Origin: a virus
Lineage: Duplodnaviria > Caudoviricetes
IMG/VR virus record: IMGVR_UViG_3300027759_000001
DNA: 64,000 bases
Reading direction: 5' to 3' (one strand)
How positions within the stretch are numbered: position 1 is the first letter of the stretch; every line of letters starts with the position of its first letter. Below are positions 36,923-47,449 of the stretch, piece by piece. Both the position numbers and the translations under genes were made by a program. The notes under the pieces are model-generated. The model made no database searches and was not told the DNA's origin. It worked only from the letters and a program-made list of their open reading frames with translations.

Positions 36923-37648
36923 ATGGATTTAAATCAAATAATAAAGAAAGTTTTATCTGAAGCAACTTCAGATAGTGGTGGGAGTAGAGGTTCATATATT
37001 GCTCCAATGCAATTAGGTATAAGAAAATTTAAAAATTCTCAAAACGGACCATTCACAATATCTGTATCAAAATACGATAGTCCAATGTTAGAATTTGATA
37101 GTTATGATGGATCAATGGATGAAACAAAAAAACAAATCAAAAAAATAGAATCTAAAGCAAAAAAAGTTACAAATTATATTAAAAAACATCCAAATTCAAC
37201 ATTTAGTGATGATGATGGTAATAATATTAACCAAACACCTGGTAAAAATAAAAAAATTGTACCTGTAAATGAGTGGGTTGAGATAACGGATGATACTTTA
37301 ATGGAAGATCTCGCAGTTTGGTTTGGTAAAAAGAAGAAACCTAAAGGGTCTTCTCAACCAAAAGGACCTTGGGTTAACATTTGTAGTAAAGTTGACGGCA
37401 AACACCCTCCCTGTGGACGACAAGATACTTCTAAAGGATCTTACCCTAAATGTAGGGCGGTTGGTGTTGCAGGTAAAATGAGTGATTCACAAAAAAGATC
37501 TGCCTGCCAACAAAAAAGAACCGCAGAAAAAAAAGACACTCAGACAGGAAAAGGACAAAAACCTATTATGACATCATATAAAACAAAAAAGGAATCCGTA
37601 GATTCCTTAGTTAATAATATTTTATTTGAAATTAGAAACTCGTTCTAA
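36923..37648 (+). CDS. Hypothetical virion-associated protein with Cys/basic C-terminal domain
   Basis: Start reassigned to MDLNQIIKKVLSEA after TATTTAT 36901-36907; PWVNIC..HPPCGR..YPKC..SACQQKR. Confidence 0.7.
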   Translation: MDLNQIIKKVLSEATSDSGGSRGSYIAPMQLGIRKFKNSQNGPFTISVSKYDSPMLEFDSYDGSMDETKKQIKKIESKAKKVTNYIKKHPNSTFSDDDGNNINQTPGKNKKIVPVNEWVEITDDTLMEDLAVWFGKKKKPKGSSQPKGPWVNICSKVDGKHPPCGRQDTSKGSYPKCRAVGVAGKMSDSQKRSACQQKRTAEKKDTQTGKGQKPIMTSYKTKKESVDSLVNNILFEIRNSF

Positions 37649-38050
37649 GATATTATGTAGAGAGTTAGTGATTTGTGAATTAACCTCTCCCTCATAATTA
37701 AGTCTTCTCTTATCTGCCTCAAGATCAAAAATATACGTTAATCTTTCCCAATCTCTTTCATGTAGTTTAACATTATAATTGTAAACGTGATTAGTGATTT
37801 CAACTCTACGATCTGTCATTGTTATGAAAATTTTCATATCGTCATTTTTAAGATAACGTTTATCAGACATTGGAGCAATCATAAATTCTGTGTCTCTATG
37901 TTGAATTATTTTAAGACATATTTTAAAACAGGTCTTTTCGTATGATAGGGTTTCATCTTGATAAGTTGGTACAATACCTGAAGATTTTTTTGACCAAATA
38001 TAAAATTTAATTTTTAATCTACTTAAGAATCTTTTTATTCTGTTTTTCAT
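37622..38050 (-). CDS. Hypothetical protein
   Basis: 142-aa ORF. Confidence 0.7.
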   Translation of the reverse strand: MKNRIKRFLSRLKIKFYIWSKKSSGIVPTYQDETLSYEKTCFKICLKIIQHRDTEFMIAPMSDKRYLKNDDMKIFITMTDRRVEITNHVYNYNVKLHERDWERLTYIFDLEADKRRLNYEGEVNSQITNSLHNILERVSNFK

Positions 38051-38121
38051 ATTTGTATAAAGTTTATGTATCTACAAATATATATAAATTATTTGAATAA
38101 AAAAATATTTTTAAAAAATTT

Positions 38122-38604
38122 TTAACAATATGCTCCTGAACAATGTCTTTTACCATCAAGACCTTTGATTTTTCCTTTACAAACTTGTACTGCGTGTCCG
38201 TTCGAATATGCGGAGGGATATACATCATATTTTGCCTTTGCTGATGCCTTACCTCTTGCGCAAAGAGGTGTACCTACTTTTTTCTTCCCTTCCATCATGA
38301 CCATATCTTCATCATCAATATTCGTAGATGATTTCATACCGTCTCTTGTAGTTTCATTCATCATAAAATCAAATACTTGATCCATATTGTTTTTAGCCTC
38401 AGAAATATGATCTTGAGCCCAATCATGTCCATTATCTAAAATAGATTCAACCTCACTACGATCAAAATTTAATAATAAATCACATTGTCTTCTCATTTGT
38501 TCTAAATTTGAAAAGAACATATATCGTTCACTTTTTTGTTCATTGAGGACTCTTTTTACCAAATTGGTAACGTCCGATTCATTTAATCTTATTATTCTTT
38601 TCAT
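38122..38604 (-). CDS. Hypothetical virion-associated protein
   Basis: MKRIIRLNESDVTNLVKRVLNEQ leader; LCARGK..YPSAY..VCKG..CSGAYC C-terminus. Confidence 0.7.
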   Translation of the reverse strand: MKRIIRLNESDVTNLVKRVLNEQKSERYMFFSNLEQMRRQCDLLLNFDRSEVESILDNGHDWAQDHISEAKNNMDQVFDFMMNETTRDGMKSSTNIDDEDMVMMEGKKKVGTPLCARGKASAKAKYDVYPSAYSNGHAVQVCKGKIKGLDGKRHCSGAYC

Positions 38605-38608
38605 TATA

Positions 38609-39004
38609 TTAATTATTTAATCCGTTAACGCCACCTAATGTGACCATGTCTAATTGAGTTACTGGAGTACCATACCCATCAGTATAAACAGGATGAGGTA
38701 CAGTATTTGTATAATAAAATGCGGTACCATTATTAACGTCCGAAAAACAAGTGTAACAAATTACCGTTTCAGTATTTGCACTTCTTGGTATATCAATAAT
38801 ACATTCATTACAATTATCATATTGGGTGATTGCCGAATATGTTGTTGATCCAGTGGTGCCAGATATTATGGTACCACAAATAGTTTCTCCTGTTAGTCCA
38901 TTACTAAATGAATAAGTTTGTCCCGTTATTGGGGTAAACCTTACACCAAACCCAACTGTGAATTGATTTGATGATGAACATTGTTCTAATATAAAATTTG
39001 CCAT
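38609..39004 (-). CDS. Hypothetical Thr/Gly-rich virion protein
   Basis: 131-aa ORF; TATTTAT on minus strand 39022-39016. Confidence 0.65.
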   Translation of the reverse strand: MANFILEQCSSSNQFTVGFGVRFTPITGQTYSFSNGLTGETICGTIISGTTGSTTYSAITQYDNCNECIIDIPRSANTETVICYTCFSDVNNGTAFYYTNTVPHPVYTDGYGTPVTQLDMVTLGGVNGLNN

Positions 39005-39025
39005 ATCTTTATTTAATAAATATCT

Positions 39026-40483
39026 TTATTTTTTATTTACGATTTGAAATTTAATCTGTCTCTTATAAGTATTTACTTCTCCACTAGAAATGACTTTTAA
39101 ATCTATATAATATTCATTTGGAATCTTATCCCTTGTGTCAAATATAAAATAGTACTCATTTGGAGTTCTATTAAGTTTGGTCCAATCTTGTACTTGCACT
39201 TCGGTTTGACCTTCTCTAACATACACTCTATATTGACCTTCAATTTTTGGCAATTGTTGGTTAGTGGTATATGCTTTCTTGATTATAACACCAACTTTTC
39301 TAATATCGGTATTTAATATTTTTTCATCTTGTTTAATTCCATAATAATCAAAACCATATACCGCAGGATCATTAGTTGTTGTTCCAATTTGAATTGATTT
39401 CTGTAATGGGTATATTACAAATTCATTAATTACATTAGGTAATGAAAAACCATTTAATAAAATGTTTGACCAAGTATCGGTAAAAATACATGGAGTTTTA
39501 TATCCAAGTAATGGTGGTATTATTACCTCATATACACCTTTTGTTACCTGACAAGATGGTAAATTAATAAGACCCGGTATTGGAGTTCCTGTTTGATCAC
39601 CAATTGTAACCAAAGGATTATTATCTAAGTTTTGAAAATCCCCATCTTCAAAGATATATAAGTACAATTTATTAATTTTACCTAATGAAAATGAATTTCT
39701 ATCATCTTCAATTGAATCATTATAGTTTGTTTCTAAGAATGGTTCGTAGAATGTTTGAGTATGTCTTGTAAAAAATCCAACAGAATAATTACCTGTTGTA
39801 CCTGTTAAGTTTTCAACTTGAGGTAAGTAAGCAATTCCCCAACCCGTTACACCTGTTAGAGATCCATTTAAAATAGAGTTAATTTCACTTGTCATATCAA
39901 ACTCTACATTTTCATCACCAAATTCAAAATGTTGTGTATCAATAATTTGTAACTGATTATAATTAAATGACCCTGTGTTTGTATTACTATAAATCCCTGA
40001 TTGTTGCCAATCCGTAATTGTTGTCATTTCCACCCAATTTGATGGTCTATCTGAATAGTTCTTATCACTTGGTATACCAGTTACTTGATCATAGTAATCA
40101 TAACCAACACCCTCATCCCAATTCTGAGAAGTTCCCGATAAGGAATTAAGAGGTATTCTAAATAAGATTAAGTCAAATGACGTTGCTCTTAGTCTACCTT
40201 GAGATGTGGAAGTGTTTAATAATTCTTTATCAAAATAACTTGTATTAGTCATTCTTAAAGTATGAGTCGTATCTGAATTACACCCCAAACTTATAACACC
40301 ATTTTGGTATTTTTCTTTTAATAAAGTAAGATCTAAATCAAAGATAAAACGTGTAAATCCAATTGGGTTTAAAAGGCTTCCATCACCATAAAATAATTCG
40401 GTAACAGGATTTCTCCCTGAATTAACAAGACTATCAGATATTAAAGTATTATTCCTACTGAAATATGAATTATTTATTGACAT
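39026..40483 (-). CDS. Putative tail/baseplate structural protein
   Basis: 485 aa, beta-rich composition, late motif upstream (40503-40497). Confidence 0.6.
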   Translation of the reverse strand: MSINNSYFSRNNTLISDSLVNSGRNPVTELFYGDGSLLNPIGFTRFIFDLDLTLLKEKYQNGVISLGCNSDTTHTLRMTNTSYFDKELLNTSTSQGRLRATSFDLILFRIPLNSLSGTSQNWDEGVGYDYYDQVTGIPSDKNYSDRPSNWVEMTTITDWQQSGIYSNTNTGSFNYNQLQIIDTQHFEFGDENVEFDMTSEINSILNGSLTGVTGWGIAYLPQVENLTGTTGNYSVGFFTRHTQTFYEPFLETNYNDSIEDDRNSFSLGKINKLYLYIFEDGDFQNLDNNPLVTIGDQTGTPIPGLINLPSCQVTKGVYEVIIPPLLGYKTPCIFTDTWSNILLNGFSLPNVINEFVIYPLQKSIQIGTTTNDPAVYGFDYYGIKQDEKILNTDIRKVGVIIKKAYTTNQQLPKIEGQYRVYVREGQTEVQVQDWTKLNRTPNEYYFIFDTRDKIPNEYYIDLKVISSGEVNTYKRQIKFQIVNKK

Positions 40484-40503
40484 TTACGTTTTTAATATAA
40501 ATA

Positions 40504-42057
40504 TCAATTAATCCTAATATTTTGATTTAATATTGTATTTTGAGAATTATTAAGTATTTCCAATATTTTTTTAGATGAAGGACCATCAGGTATTGATGGA
40601 TATTCTTGTATTGGTGCAAGTCCTGGAAATGGGTGTACGTGACCTATCATAAATTGAACGATGAGGTTTAAGAATGACATTAATTCTTCACCTCTAACCA
40701 TTGAATTTGTTTTACCGTAAATCGTATCTGTTAACGTTGGTTGATCAATACCGTATAATGTATTTTTTAAATCAATCGGAGTACCTTTACTTGGGATAAC
40801 TGATTTATGTGATAACAAATAAAGAAAATCACCACCCATAACACCATATGATGTTGGGGTTGCCTCAAATGTGTCATTTGCGACCTCAGTTATTTTAACT
40901 TCAAGTTGTTCACCTAAAACATCTTGAATCCAAACCAAACCAAAACCAAATTCTTTATTTTGTGGTGATAATTTAGTTTTTGAATAAAAATTAAGAATGT
41001 TATTAAACTCAGTTAAACCACTTGGGGTATCAATATTTGCACCTACAAATATTTCGGTATTACTTTTTGTTGGGGTAAACACAAATGGAAATTGGTTTTC
41101 CAATTTAGATCCATCTTGTGATGGGTAGGAAAGATAACCATCAACATTTATTTTACCAATATTAACACCTTTAATAAAATCATTAATTATTGTTAACGAT
41201 TCTTCAGAAGTTTTACCGGTAAAGTTTAATTCATATAATGTTGTTCCTTTATAACTATCCAAATCAGAAGTAAGAAAAATTTTATTGGATAAAGTTTCAG
41301 GTACTGGAATTAAACTATATAATTTTATATTACCATCAAAAGTTGTTCCTGTTGTTGCAAGATTTGTTATTTCCCACTCAACTAAATTTTTAACTTGTCT
41401 ACTTTCTTTTATGTATTCGGTAACTGTTTTTGGTTCACCTTTAATTTTTTCTAAAGGAGATGTGGATATTTGTAAAAATGATCTTTTATCATTTGGTACG
41501 GGAATATTAAAATCCGCACTTGAAGATTTAAGAGGATCTAATTTACCTGCTCGTATTAACACATCATTTTCTTTAACAACAACATCTGCGGTTCCTCTAC
41601 CTAAAATGGCATTATCACCTGGTTCGGGGTATATTCCATAAATTTTTGGATCCGTAATCCCTGTTTTACGATCTCTTAATTGATTTGCCTGTTTGAAAAA
41701 TTCCCCTGTTGCCAACATGGACTGAGAGTTTTTCCAATCCTCTTTAGAATTATTTTGGGGTCTTGTTATTGGTCCTTGAATATAAAATTTATTCGCATCT
41801 AATCTTTCACGATTGTCGTAATAAATTAGGTTAACATATTCATTATCTTTTGGGACCTGATTAATGTAGTATGGTAACAATGGTAAAAATACAAATGGAT
41901 CTTTTGCCGTCCACTTATCATTTTCTTCATTCCAATCTTCGGGTAAAGAATCCTCATACCTTTCAAGGGTAGGTACAACTCGTACCCTACCTAACATCAT
42001 TGGATCTTTATTATCTTTTACATAACCCGGAAATAAATTTTTATTTTTGAACCACAT
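40504..42057 (-). CDS. Baseplate hub/spike protein (gp5/VgrG-like N-terminal OB fold)
   Basis: DNKDPMMLGRVRV..LPLLP..VPKDNEYV N-terminus; VRGEEL..GHVHPFPG C-terminus. Confidence 0.65.
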   Translation of the reverse strand: MWFKNKNLFPGYVKDNKDPMMLGRVRVVPTLERYEDSLPEDWNEENDKWTAKDPFVFLPLLPYYINQVPKDNEYVNLIYYDNRERLDANKFYIQGPITRPQNNSKEDWKNSQSMLATGEFFKQANQLRDRKTGITDPKIYGIYPEPGDNAILGRGTADVVVKENDVLIRAGKLDPLKSSSADFNIPVPNDKRSFLQISTSPLEKIKGEPKTVTEYIKESRQVKNLVEWEITNLATTGTTFDGNIKLYSLIPVPETLSNKIFLTSDLDSYKGTTLYELNFTGKTSEESLTIINDFIKGVNIGKINVDGYLSYPSQDGSKLENQFPFVFTPTKSNTEIFVGANIDTPSGLTEFNNILNFYSKTKLSPQNKEFGFGLVWIQDVLGEQLEVKITEVANDTFEATPTSYGVMGGDFLYLLSHKSVIPSKGTPIDLKNTLYGIDQPTLTDTIYGKTNSMVRGEELMSFLNLIVQFMIGHVHPFPGLAPIQEYPSIPDGPSSKKILEILNNSQNTILNQNIRIN

Positions 42058-42259
42058 TTCTTGCTTGATATTCTTTTAATAGTGTATTATATGTCAACTC
42101 TAATTTGTCTAAATGACTTGTCATTTTAATTAAATTTTCTTTTGTAATATCAAAATCTTTTTTAATAAATTCCATAGCCAAAATTAGATCTTTATTAGGT
42201 CTAACCTTATGTTCTTTAATAATTTCCACAACTTGTTGTGATTGTACTTTATTATCCAT
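42041..42259 (-). CDS. Small coiled-coil hypothetical protein
   Basis: Start reassigned to MDNKVQ. Confidence 0.65.
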   Translation of the reverse strand: MDNKVQSQQVVEIIKEHKVRPNKDLILAMEFIKKDFDITKENLIKMTSHLDKLELTYNTLLKEYQARNVVQK

Positions 42260-42270
42260 TTTTTTATATT

Positions 42271-44178
42271 TTATTTTCCATAACAAACTATTGGTGTTGT
42301 TTGACCAATTGGTGTTATACTTAGTGGGTATATTGCAACTTGTGATTTACCATTTGATGCATTTTCTTGATCTGATCCATCTAATAGAGCCTTTATTGAT
42401 GCTAACATTAAATTAGGACTTCCATCTGGCATCGTACCTGTTGGTAATCCCAATTCTTCAAAATTTGCAATAACATTTAAAAATGCTCTATCTGAAGAAT
42501 AACCACTTAAAAGTTTTGAAGTTAATAATAATGGTAATGGGATGTCCCCACCAAATCCTTTTGATGCGATTTTTAACGCATTTAATAGATCATCAATCAC
42601 ACTTTTACATTCCCTGAAATCTTTTATAATTTTAGCAATTGCAATTATTAATTCAGTTAAAGATAATATTGTATTTAATCTTTTATTATTTAAACCTCTA
42701 ATCACATTTAAATTTACCGATTTGACTAAATTCAAAATATCTTTTTTAATTATATCAAATAAAATTTTAACAAAAATTTCTCCTACTTTTGAGGCAAATT
42801 TAATAAAGAACGATTTAAGTTTTTTTGCAAAATCCATAAATGAACTAATTTGTAAATCTAAATTTTGACCTAATGATTTTGTTGTTATCATTAAAGGTAA
42901 AACAACTTTAGGTGAAAGGACTGTGGATACCATTGCCTTTGGAAACTCTTTAAGGAATGATAAATCAATATTTATTTCCAATGGAAACCATCCTGGATTT
43001 TTAGTTAATACATCAGTTAAGTTAGATGCGTCATCTATACTATTTGAATTATTTTTACCATCAACAAAAATAAGATTATTTAATGCGTTTGTGATACTAT
43101 CCGAGTCAACGGGTAATTTAACTGTATTACATTCCTCAAATTCAACAACACCTAATTTAATATCAGAAACTCTTGAATCAATAAAACGTAAATCAATGTC
43201 TGTGAACTCAAAGAAGGATTCGTCAACATTATCATTTTCCGACAATTTTGCAATTCCTGACACATCAATCTCTTTAGTGTTATCAAAACACAATCCTAAT
43301 ATTCTTTGTATGATTAGTAGTATTTTTTGTAAGTCTTCTAAATCTGCATTACCATCTCCTTTTTTAATAGAAACCGCACCTGTTAATTGGTTCATTAAGT
43401 TGGCAAAAAAATTAGTTTCATCAAAAAGTTTTATTGTTGTGAAGTAATCTTTTAAAAATTCAGAAATTTTATTTGTTGTCATTCTATTCTTTAAATCAAC
43501 TTTAAAAAAGTTACCTTGGATAGTTTGTAAAGATGTTGGGTCAACGTAAGACTCAACATAAGTAATGTCAAATAACTCTTGCCCTGACGTACCCATATAA
43601 CTTTGTCCAGATGCCGGAACACTAAATGGTTGGTTAATATTTTGAGTTCTATTATATAATTCCTTATTCATTGAAAATGGAAAACTACTATATTGAACAC
43701 TTTTCTTTTCATATAGTAATTTACCCACATCTGTTGCAGGATCTTCTTTTAACGTGTTAAGTAGGTCAACTGACTTAACTCTAATATAAATAGTTTGAGG
43801 GACAAATTCTTGGTCTTGTGAACAACCTACGGCACTTAACATTAATTCCAATAAAATATCATCTAATTTTGGAACAATTTCTTTAATGGCTTTTGTAAAA
43901 GTTTTTTTAAGATAACCATTACTACTTTTACCTGACCCTAATGATTGAAAGTTTAGGTCTAACAACTTATCAAATTGAGTTTTAATTTCTTTTTGATATT
44001 TGTTTTTTAATTTTTTTGCATCAGAAAGTTGTGTGGAAACTTCAGATTTTTTCTTTTCTAAATTTTTTCCAGCTTTTTTTCGTAGATCTTCAATATCACT
44101 ACTAACCTTCTTATACTTTTTGAGTACAGTTGTTTTTTTATCTACGTCATTAAAACCATCTTCAGTATCCTGTGCCAT
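42271..44178 (-). CDS. Large hypothetical protein (probable baseplate/tail)
   Basis: 635-aa ORF next to the hub gene. Confidence 0.65.
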   Translation of the reverse strand: MAQDTEDGFNDVDKKTTVLKKYKKVSSDIEDLRKKAGKNLEKKKSEVSTQLSDAKKLKNKYQKEIKTQFDKLLDLNFQSLGSGKSSNGYLKKTFTKAIKEIVPKLDDILLELMLSAVGCSQDQEFVPQTIYIRVKSVDLLNTLKEDPATDVGKLLYEKKSVQYSSFPFSMNKELYNRTQNINQPFSVPASGQSYMGTSGQELFDITYVESYVDPTSLQTIQGNFFKVDLKNRMTTNKISEFLKDYFTTIKLFDETNFFANLMNQLTGAVSIKKGDGNADLEDLQKILLIIQRILGLCFDNTKEIDVSGIAKLSENDNVDESFFEFTDIDLRFIDSRVSDIKLGVVEFEECNTVKLPVDSDSITNALNNLIFVDGKNNSNSIDDASNLTDVLTKNPGWFPLEINIDLSFLKEFPKAMVSTVLSPKVVLPLMITTKSLGQNLDLQISSFMDFAKKLKSFFIKFASKVGEIFVKILFDIIKKDILNLVKSVNLNVIRGLNNKRLNTILSLTELIIAIAKIIKDFRECKSVIDDLLNALKIASKGFGGDIPLPLLLTSKLLSGYSSDRAFLNVIANFEELGLPTGTMPDGSPNLMLASIKALLDGSDQENASNGKSQVAIYPLSITPIGQTTPIVCYGK

Positions 44179-44552
44179 TATTTATTCAGTTTGTAACTAT
44201 TATCTGTTGAGGTGTCTTTATCAATTAAACTTTTAAATGTGTCATCATCAAGATCTAAATCCGACAAAGTAAAATTATCCTCTTGTTTCTCCTGAGATTT
44301 TTGCCAAATTTGCGCTTGTAGTTTTGATAACGATAGTTTTTTCTCAACACAATCATTAATAATCTTTTGTTGTTTTTCAATAACAGGACCAATAAGAGTC
44401 ATATCTTCCGGTTCTTTCATCATTGTTAACATCTTGTTTTGTATTCTAATTGCGGTATTTCTTTGTTCTACAAGTTCATTATAAATCTCTTGCATCAAAG
44501 ATAACATTGATTCCTTAGTTAGATTAATTTCTTTTTTTGTCGGCCTTCCCAT
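44178..44552 (-). CDS. Helical hypothetical protein (possible terminase small subunit)
   Basis: Size, coiled-coil pattern and acidic tail loosely resemble T4 gp16; weak call. Confidence 0.35.
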   Translation of the reverse strand: MGRPTKKEINLTKESMLSLMQEIYNELVEQRNTAIRIQNKMLTMMKEPEDMTLIGPVIEKQQKIINDCVEKKLSLSKLQAQIWQKSQEKQEDNFTLSDLDLDDDTFKSLIDKDTSTDNSYKLNK

Positions 44553-44572
44553 ATCTATAAGTATTTTTTATT

Positions 44573-45325
44573 CTATTTTAATAATTCATTTACGATATGA
44601 AAGTATATTTTTTTATATCTTTTTAATGAATTACGTATTTCTTTTGTACTTAAATTGGTCATTTCCCTCAATTCAAACAGGATAATGTTCTTATTAAATT
44701 TATTATTATTTGATGTTTCTTGAAAAATTGCCCCATAATTTGTAAAAATGTCAGTTAAAGCTTCTCCCAATTTTATTTCTTGTTCAGATATATTTGGTTC
44801 ATTCATATTATCTTTAAGTTCATTAAGGAATTTTTTTATAATTTCTTCAGAACTTACATCGTCATTATCAATATAATAAATCATATCTGGCATATTATGA
44901 ACATCTCCCGAAATATCTTCATAAGATATTTTTCTATTCATTTCTTTTTGGTCTTTTAAAATTTGTCCCATAAGATAATTTTTACAGATAGTCCCAAAAT
45001 AAGAATAAGCCTTTTTCTCTTTAGCCGGTTTAAACTTGTCTATTTTAGTCATTAAAAATGAATGAGTATCCATGTGGATCTCCTCAAAGTCCATGTCTCT
45101 TCTGTATAATTTATATCGTCTAATAATTGACGATATCATTTTATCTAAGGGGTGTTTTAAAAACTCATTATAAATTTTGTTCTTTTCGTCAAAAGATTCT
45201 GCGATTAGGTAGGCCCTAACCGCATCTTCTTCTCTTACGTCAAAATAATTATTTACTGTTGGTTTTCTTCCCTTCTTTTTCTTTTCATTCTCTTCGTTTG
45301 ATAAATTACCATTTTCGGACATCAA
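44573..45325 (-). CDS. Phage sigma-factor-like protein (T4 gp55-like late sigma candidate)
   Basis: N-terminal KPTVNNYF, IDKFKPAKEKKAYSYFGTICKNYL region-2-like segment. Confidence 0.55.
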   Translation of the reverse strand: MMSENGNLSNEENEKKKKGRKPTVNNYFDVREEDAVRAYLIAESFDEKNKIYNEFLKHPLDKMISSIIRRYKLYRRDMDFEEIHMDTHSFLMTKIDKFKPAKEKKAYSYFGTICKNYLMGQILKDQKEMNRKISYEDISGDVHNMPDMIYYIDNDDVSSEEIIKKFLNELKDNMNEPNISEQEIKLGEALTDIFTNYGAIFQETSNNNKFNKNIILFELREMTNLSTKEIRNSLKRYKKIYFHIVNELLK

Positions 45326-46128
45326 ATTTCTTGTGGTTCATATTTTATGTCCCTCTGTGCGGTGTAGAAATATTCTTTCTTAGCCGCCTCAATCCAGAAT
45401 TTAGCCTCATCTTCACTTAACCTGTTGTCACCATTTTTGTAGTTCCAAAAAATAGATCCTTCTCTTAAGTTCATATGTTTGTATCCGATCTTAGGGATTG
45501 TTAAAAATTTAACAGATGCGTGAGTCATACGTAAAAAGAACTCATAACCAAATGTTAATTTAATGTTTGATTTAAATTTACCAAATTCTAAGAAAGTTTC
45601 TTTTTTAATAACCATTCCAGCAATTTGGAAATTTTGATACATTTGTAATGTTTCGTTAGTTAAATAACCAAGTTCTTGTGTGAAGTTTGCCGCAAATGTT
45701 GCTTCATTTGTAAATCCTACAAATACTCCTTTATCATTAACATCAACAACAATTGGTAAAAACGCTTCAATATCTTTATAGATATCCATATATTTTTGTG
45801 AGTTTTTAAACCATATGTTTGAATATTCATCATCAAACTCAATTAATGAAACCCAATCAGAAGTTGATATTTCAACACCTTTATTAACTTGGTTTGCAAA
45901 GTTAGGTTCGTCTTTCCACACTTCAAATTTAACGTTTAATCCATCAAAATCATAAGAGTTAATGTGTGTCTCCAAAAGAGAATCATCACAATAAACGATA
46001 ACCAATTCACTTACAGTTTCACCTTGGTTTTTAATTGATTTGATACATCTATCAAAGAAGTCCTCAAAGTCTGCGGACCTAGCAGTTTTAATTGGTAATA
46101 TTACCGAGATAGTTTTATTATTTTCCAT
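45322..46128 (-). CDS. GT-A (GT2-like) glycosyltransferase
   Basis: ISVILPI..LVIV..NKGVE..LIEFDDEY; start reassigned to MENNK. Confidence 0.8.
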   Translation of the reverse strand: MENNKTISVILPIKTARSADFEDFFDRCIKSIKNQGETVSELVIVYCDDSLLETHINSYDFDGLNVKFEVWKDEPNFANQVNKGVEISTSDWVSLIEFDDEYSNIWFKNSQKYMDIYKDIEAFLPIVVDVNDKGVFVGFTNEATFAANFTQELGYLTNETLQMYQNFQIAGMVIKKETFLEFGKFKSNIKLTFGYEFFLRMTHASVKFLTIPKIGYKHMNLREGSIFWNYKNGDNRLSEDEAKFWIEAAKKEYFYTAQRDIKYEPQEI

Positions 46129-46129
46129 A

Positions 46130-47191
46130 TTATTCAGTTGTTTCAAGTTTAGATAGTTGAGCCTCAAAAGAATCTGCTCTTGTGTCAATCATTTTTGCAA
46201 ATAATTCAACAACTTCTGATTCAAATTTTTCTTTGGTTGAAAGTTTATTAATGGTTACGTCCATTTCTTCGTATAATTTAGGGTTAAGATTGTCTTCTAA
46301 CCAATTTTGTATAAAATCGGCAATAACATCAACAATCATATTTTGGTTATTGATCCAAATACCATTTTCTTCATTCATCCATTCAGGTGTGATATTAGGT
46401 ACCAATCCAATAACAGGTATTCCCATCTTCATAGATTCAAGTGGGAATGTACCAAATGAACTAATATTATCAATCCACACGGATGCAAAACTTTCTTTCA
46501 TTGCGTTTGTAAACTCAACTTGAGATAACCCTCTTAAATCTCTAAATGTAATCCATCTGTATTGTGGAAATTTAGTGTAAAAAGTTTTAATTAAATTTAC
46601 CGTATCTCTGTGATCTCTTGTATGTACACCAATAATTGTTTTAGGTGGGAATTTTTGTTTTTCAAAAACTTCAGAAATTGTTGGTTCAATAACATCAACT
46701 GAGACACTTCTCATTGTTGAAGAAATATATTCTTTTTGTTTTTCTGATGTTGTAATACATTTATGGAATCCAAGTTGAGTCCAAGTTTGTCCAGGTTGTA
46801 GTGTTTCAAAAATGTAATCATATGATTGCGATAACACAATTTTACCACAAGGTAGTTTAGTTATTTGATCCATTATGAATCCGTAAATTTCTGGAATAAC
46901 AATTAAATCTTCAGGTGAGATTTCTAAATTAGTTCCTTCAATAGATTTATGATCTAAATTTGTCATATATTCCTCACCTAACCAATCTGTTACACCAAAG
47001 TATTCAGGGGTTTCATGTAGTATTATGGCATTAAATCCATTATTTTTTAGTGACATAGCCATTTCGTAAATGTAACGTATTGACGCTTTTGCATTTCCTT
47101 TAGTGTCCTGTACTATAAAATAAATTCTTGACTTCTTATCCCTCATTTTCTGAATGGATTCTTCTAGTTTTAAAATTTGTTCTTGGTTCAT
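46130..47191 (-). CDS. GT-B (GT4-like) glycosyltransferase
   Basis: IVIPEI, SFGTFPLESMKMGIPVIG. Confidence 0.75.
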   Translation of the reverse strand: MNQEQILKLEESIQKMRDKKSRIYFIVQDTKGNAKASIRYIYEMAMSLKNNGFNAIILHETPEYFGVTDWLGEEYMTNLDHKSIEGTNLEISPEDLIVIPEIYGFIMDQITKLPCGKIVLSQSYDYIFETLQPGQTWTQLGFHKCITTSEKQKEYISSTMRSVSVDVIEPTISEVFEKQKFPPKTIIGVHTRDHRDTVNLIKTFYTKFPQYRWITFRDLRGLSQVEFTNAMKESFASVWIDNISSFGTFPLESMKMGIPVIGLVPNITPEWMNEENGIWINNQNMIVDVIADFIQNWLEDNLNPKLYEEMDVTINKLSTKEKFESEVVELFAKMIDTRADSFEAQLSKLETTE

Positions 47192-47194
47192 GTT

Positions 47195-47449
47195 TTATAT
47201 TTTATTTATTATTTTTTTCATTAAAAGTGTATTAAAAGCAATTTTAAAGGGAATAGTCACCTCATTATTTTTCATACCTAAATTTTCATCCACTTCTCCT
47301 ATTTCAGTTAAAATTGTGTCAACCATTGCTTTAACTGACTCATATTTTACTACGTGGATTTGAGTTTCACCACTTGTACCACTATACTGGACAAAGTCCT
47401 CTATTTTATCTAAATCAATATAATAGTTTTCTCCAAACACATTAAACAT
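47195..47449 (-). CDS. Hypothetical protein
   Basis: 84-aa ORF. Confidence 0.7.
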   Translation of the reverse strand: MFNVFGENYYIDLDKIEDFVQYSGTSGETQIHVVKYESVKAMVDTILTEIGEVDENLGMKNNEVTIPFKIAFNTLLMKKIINKI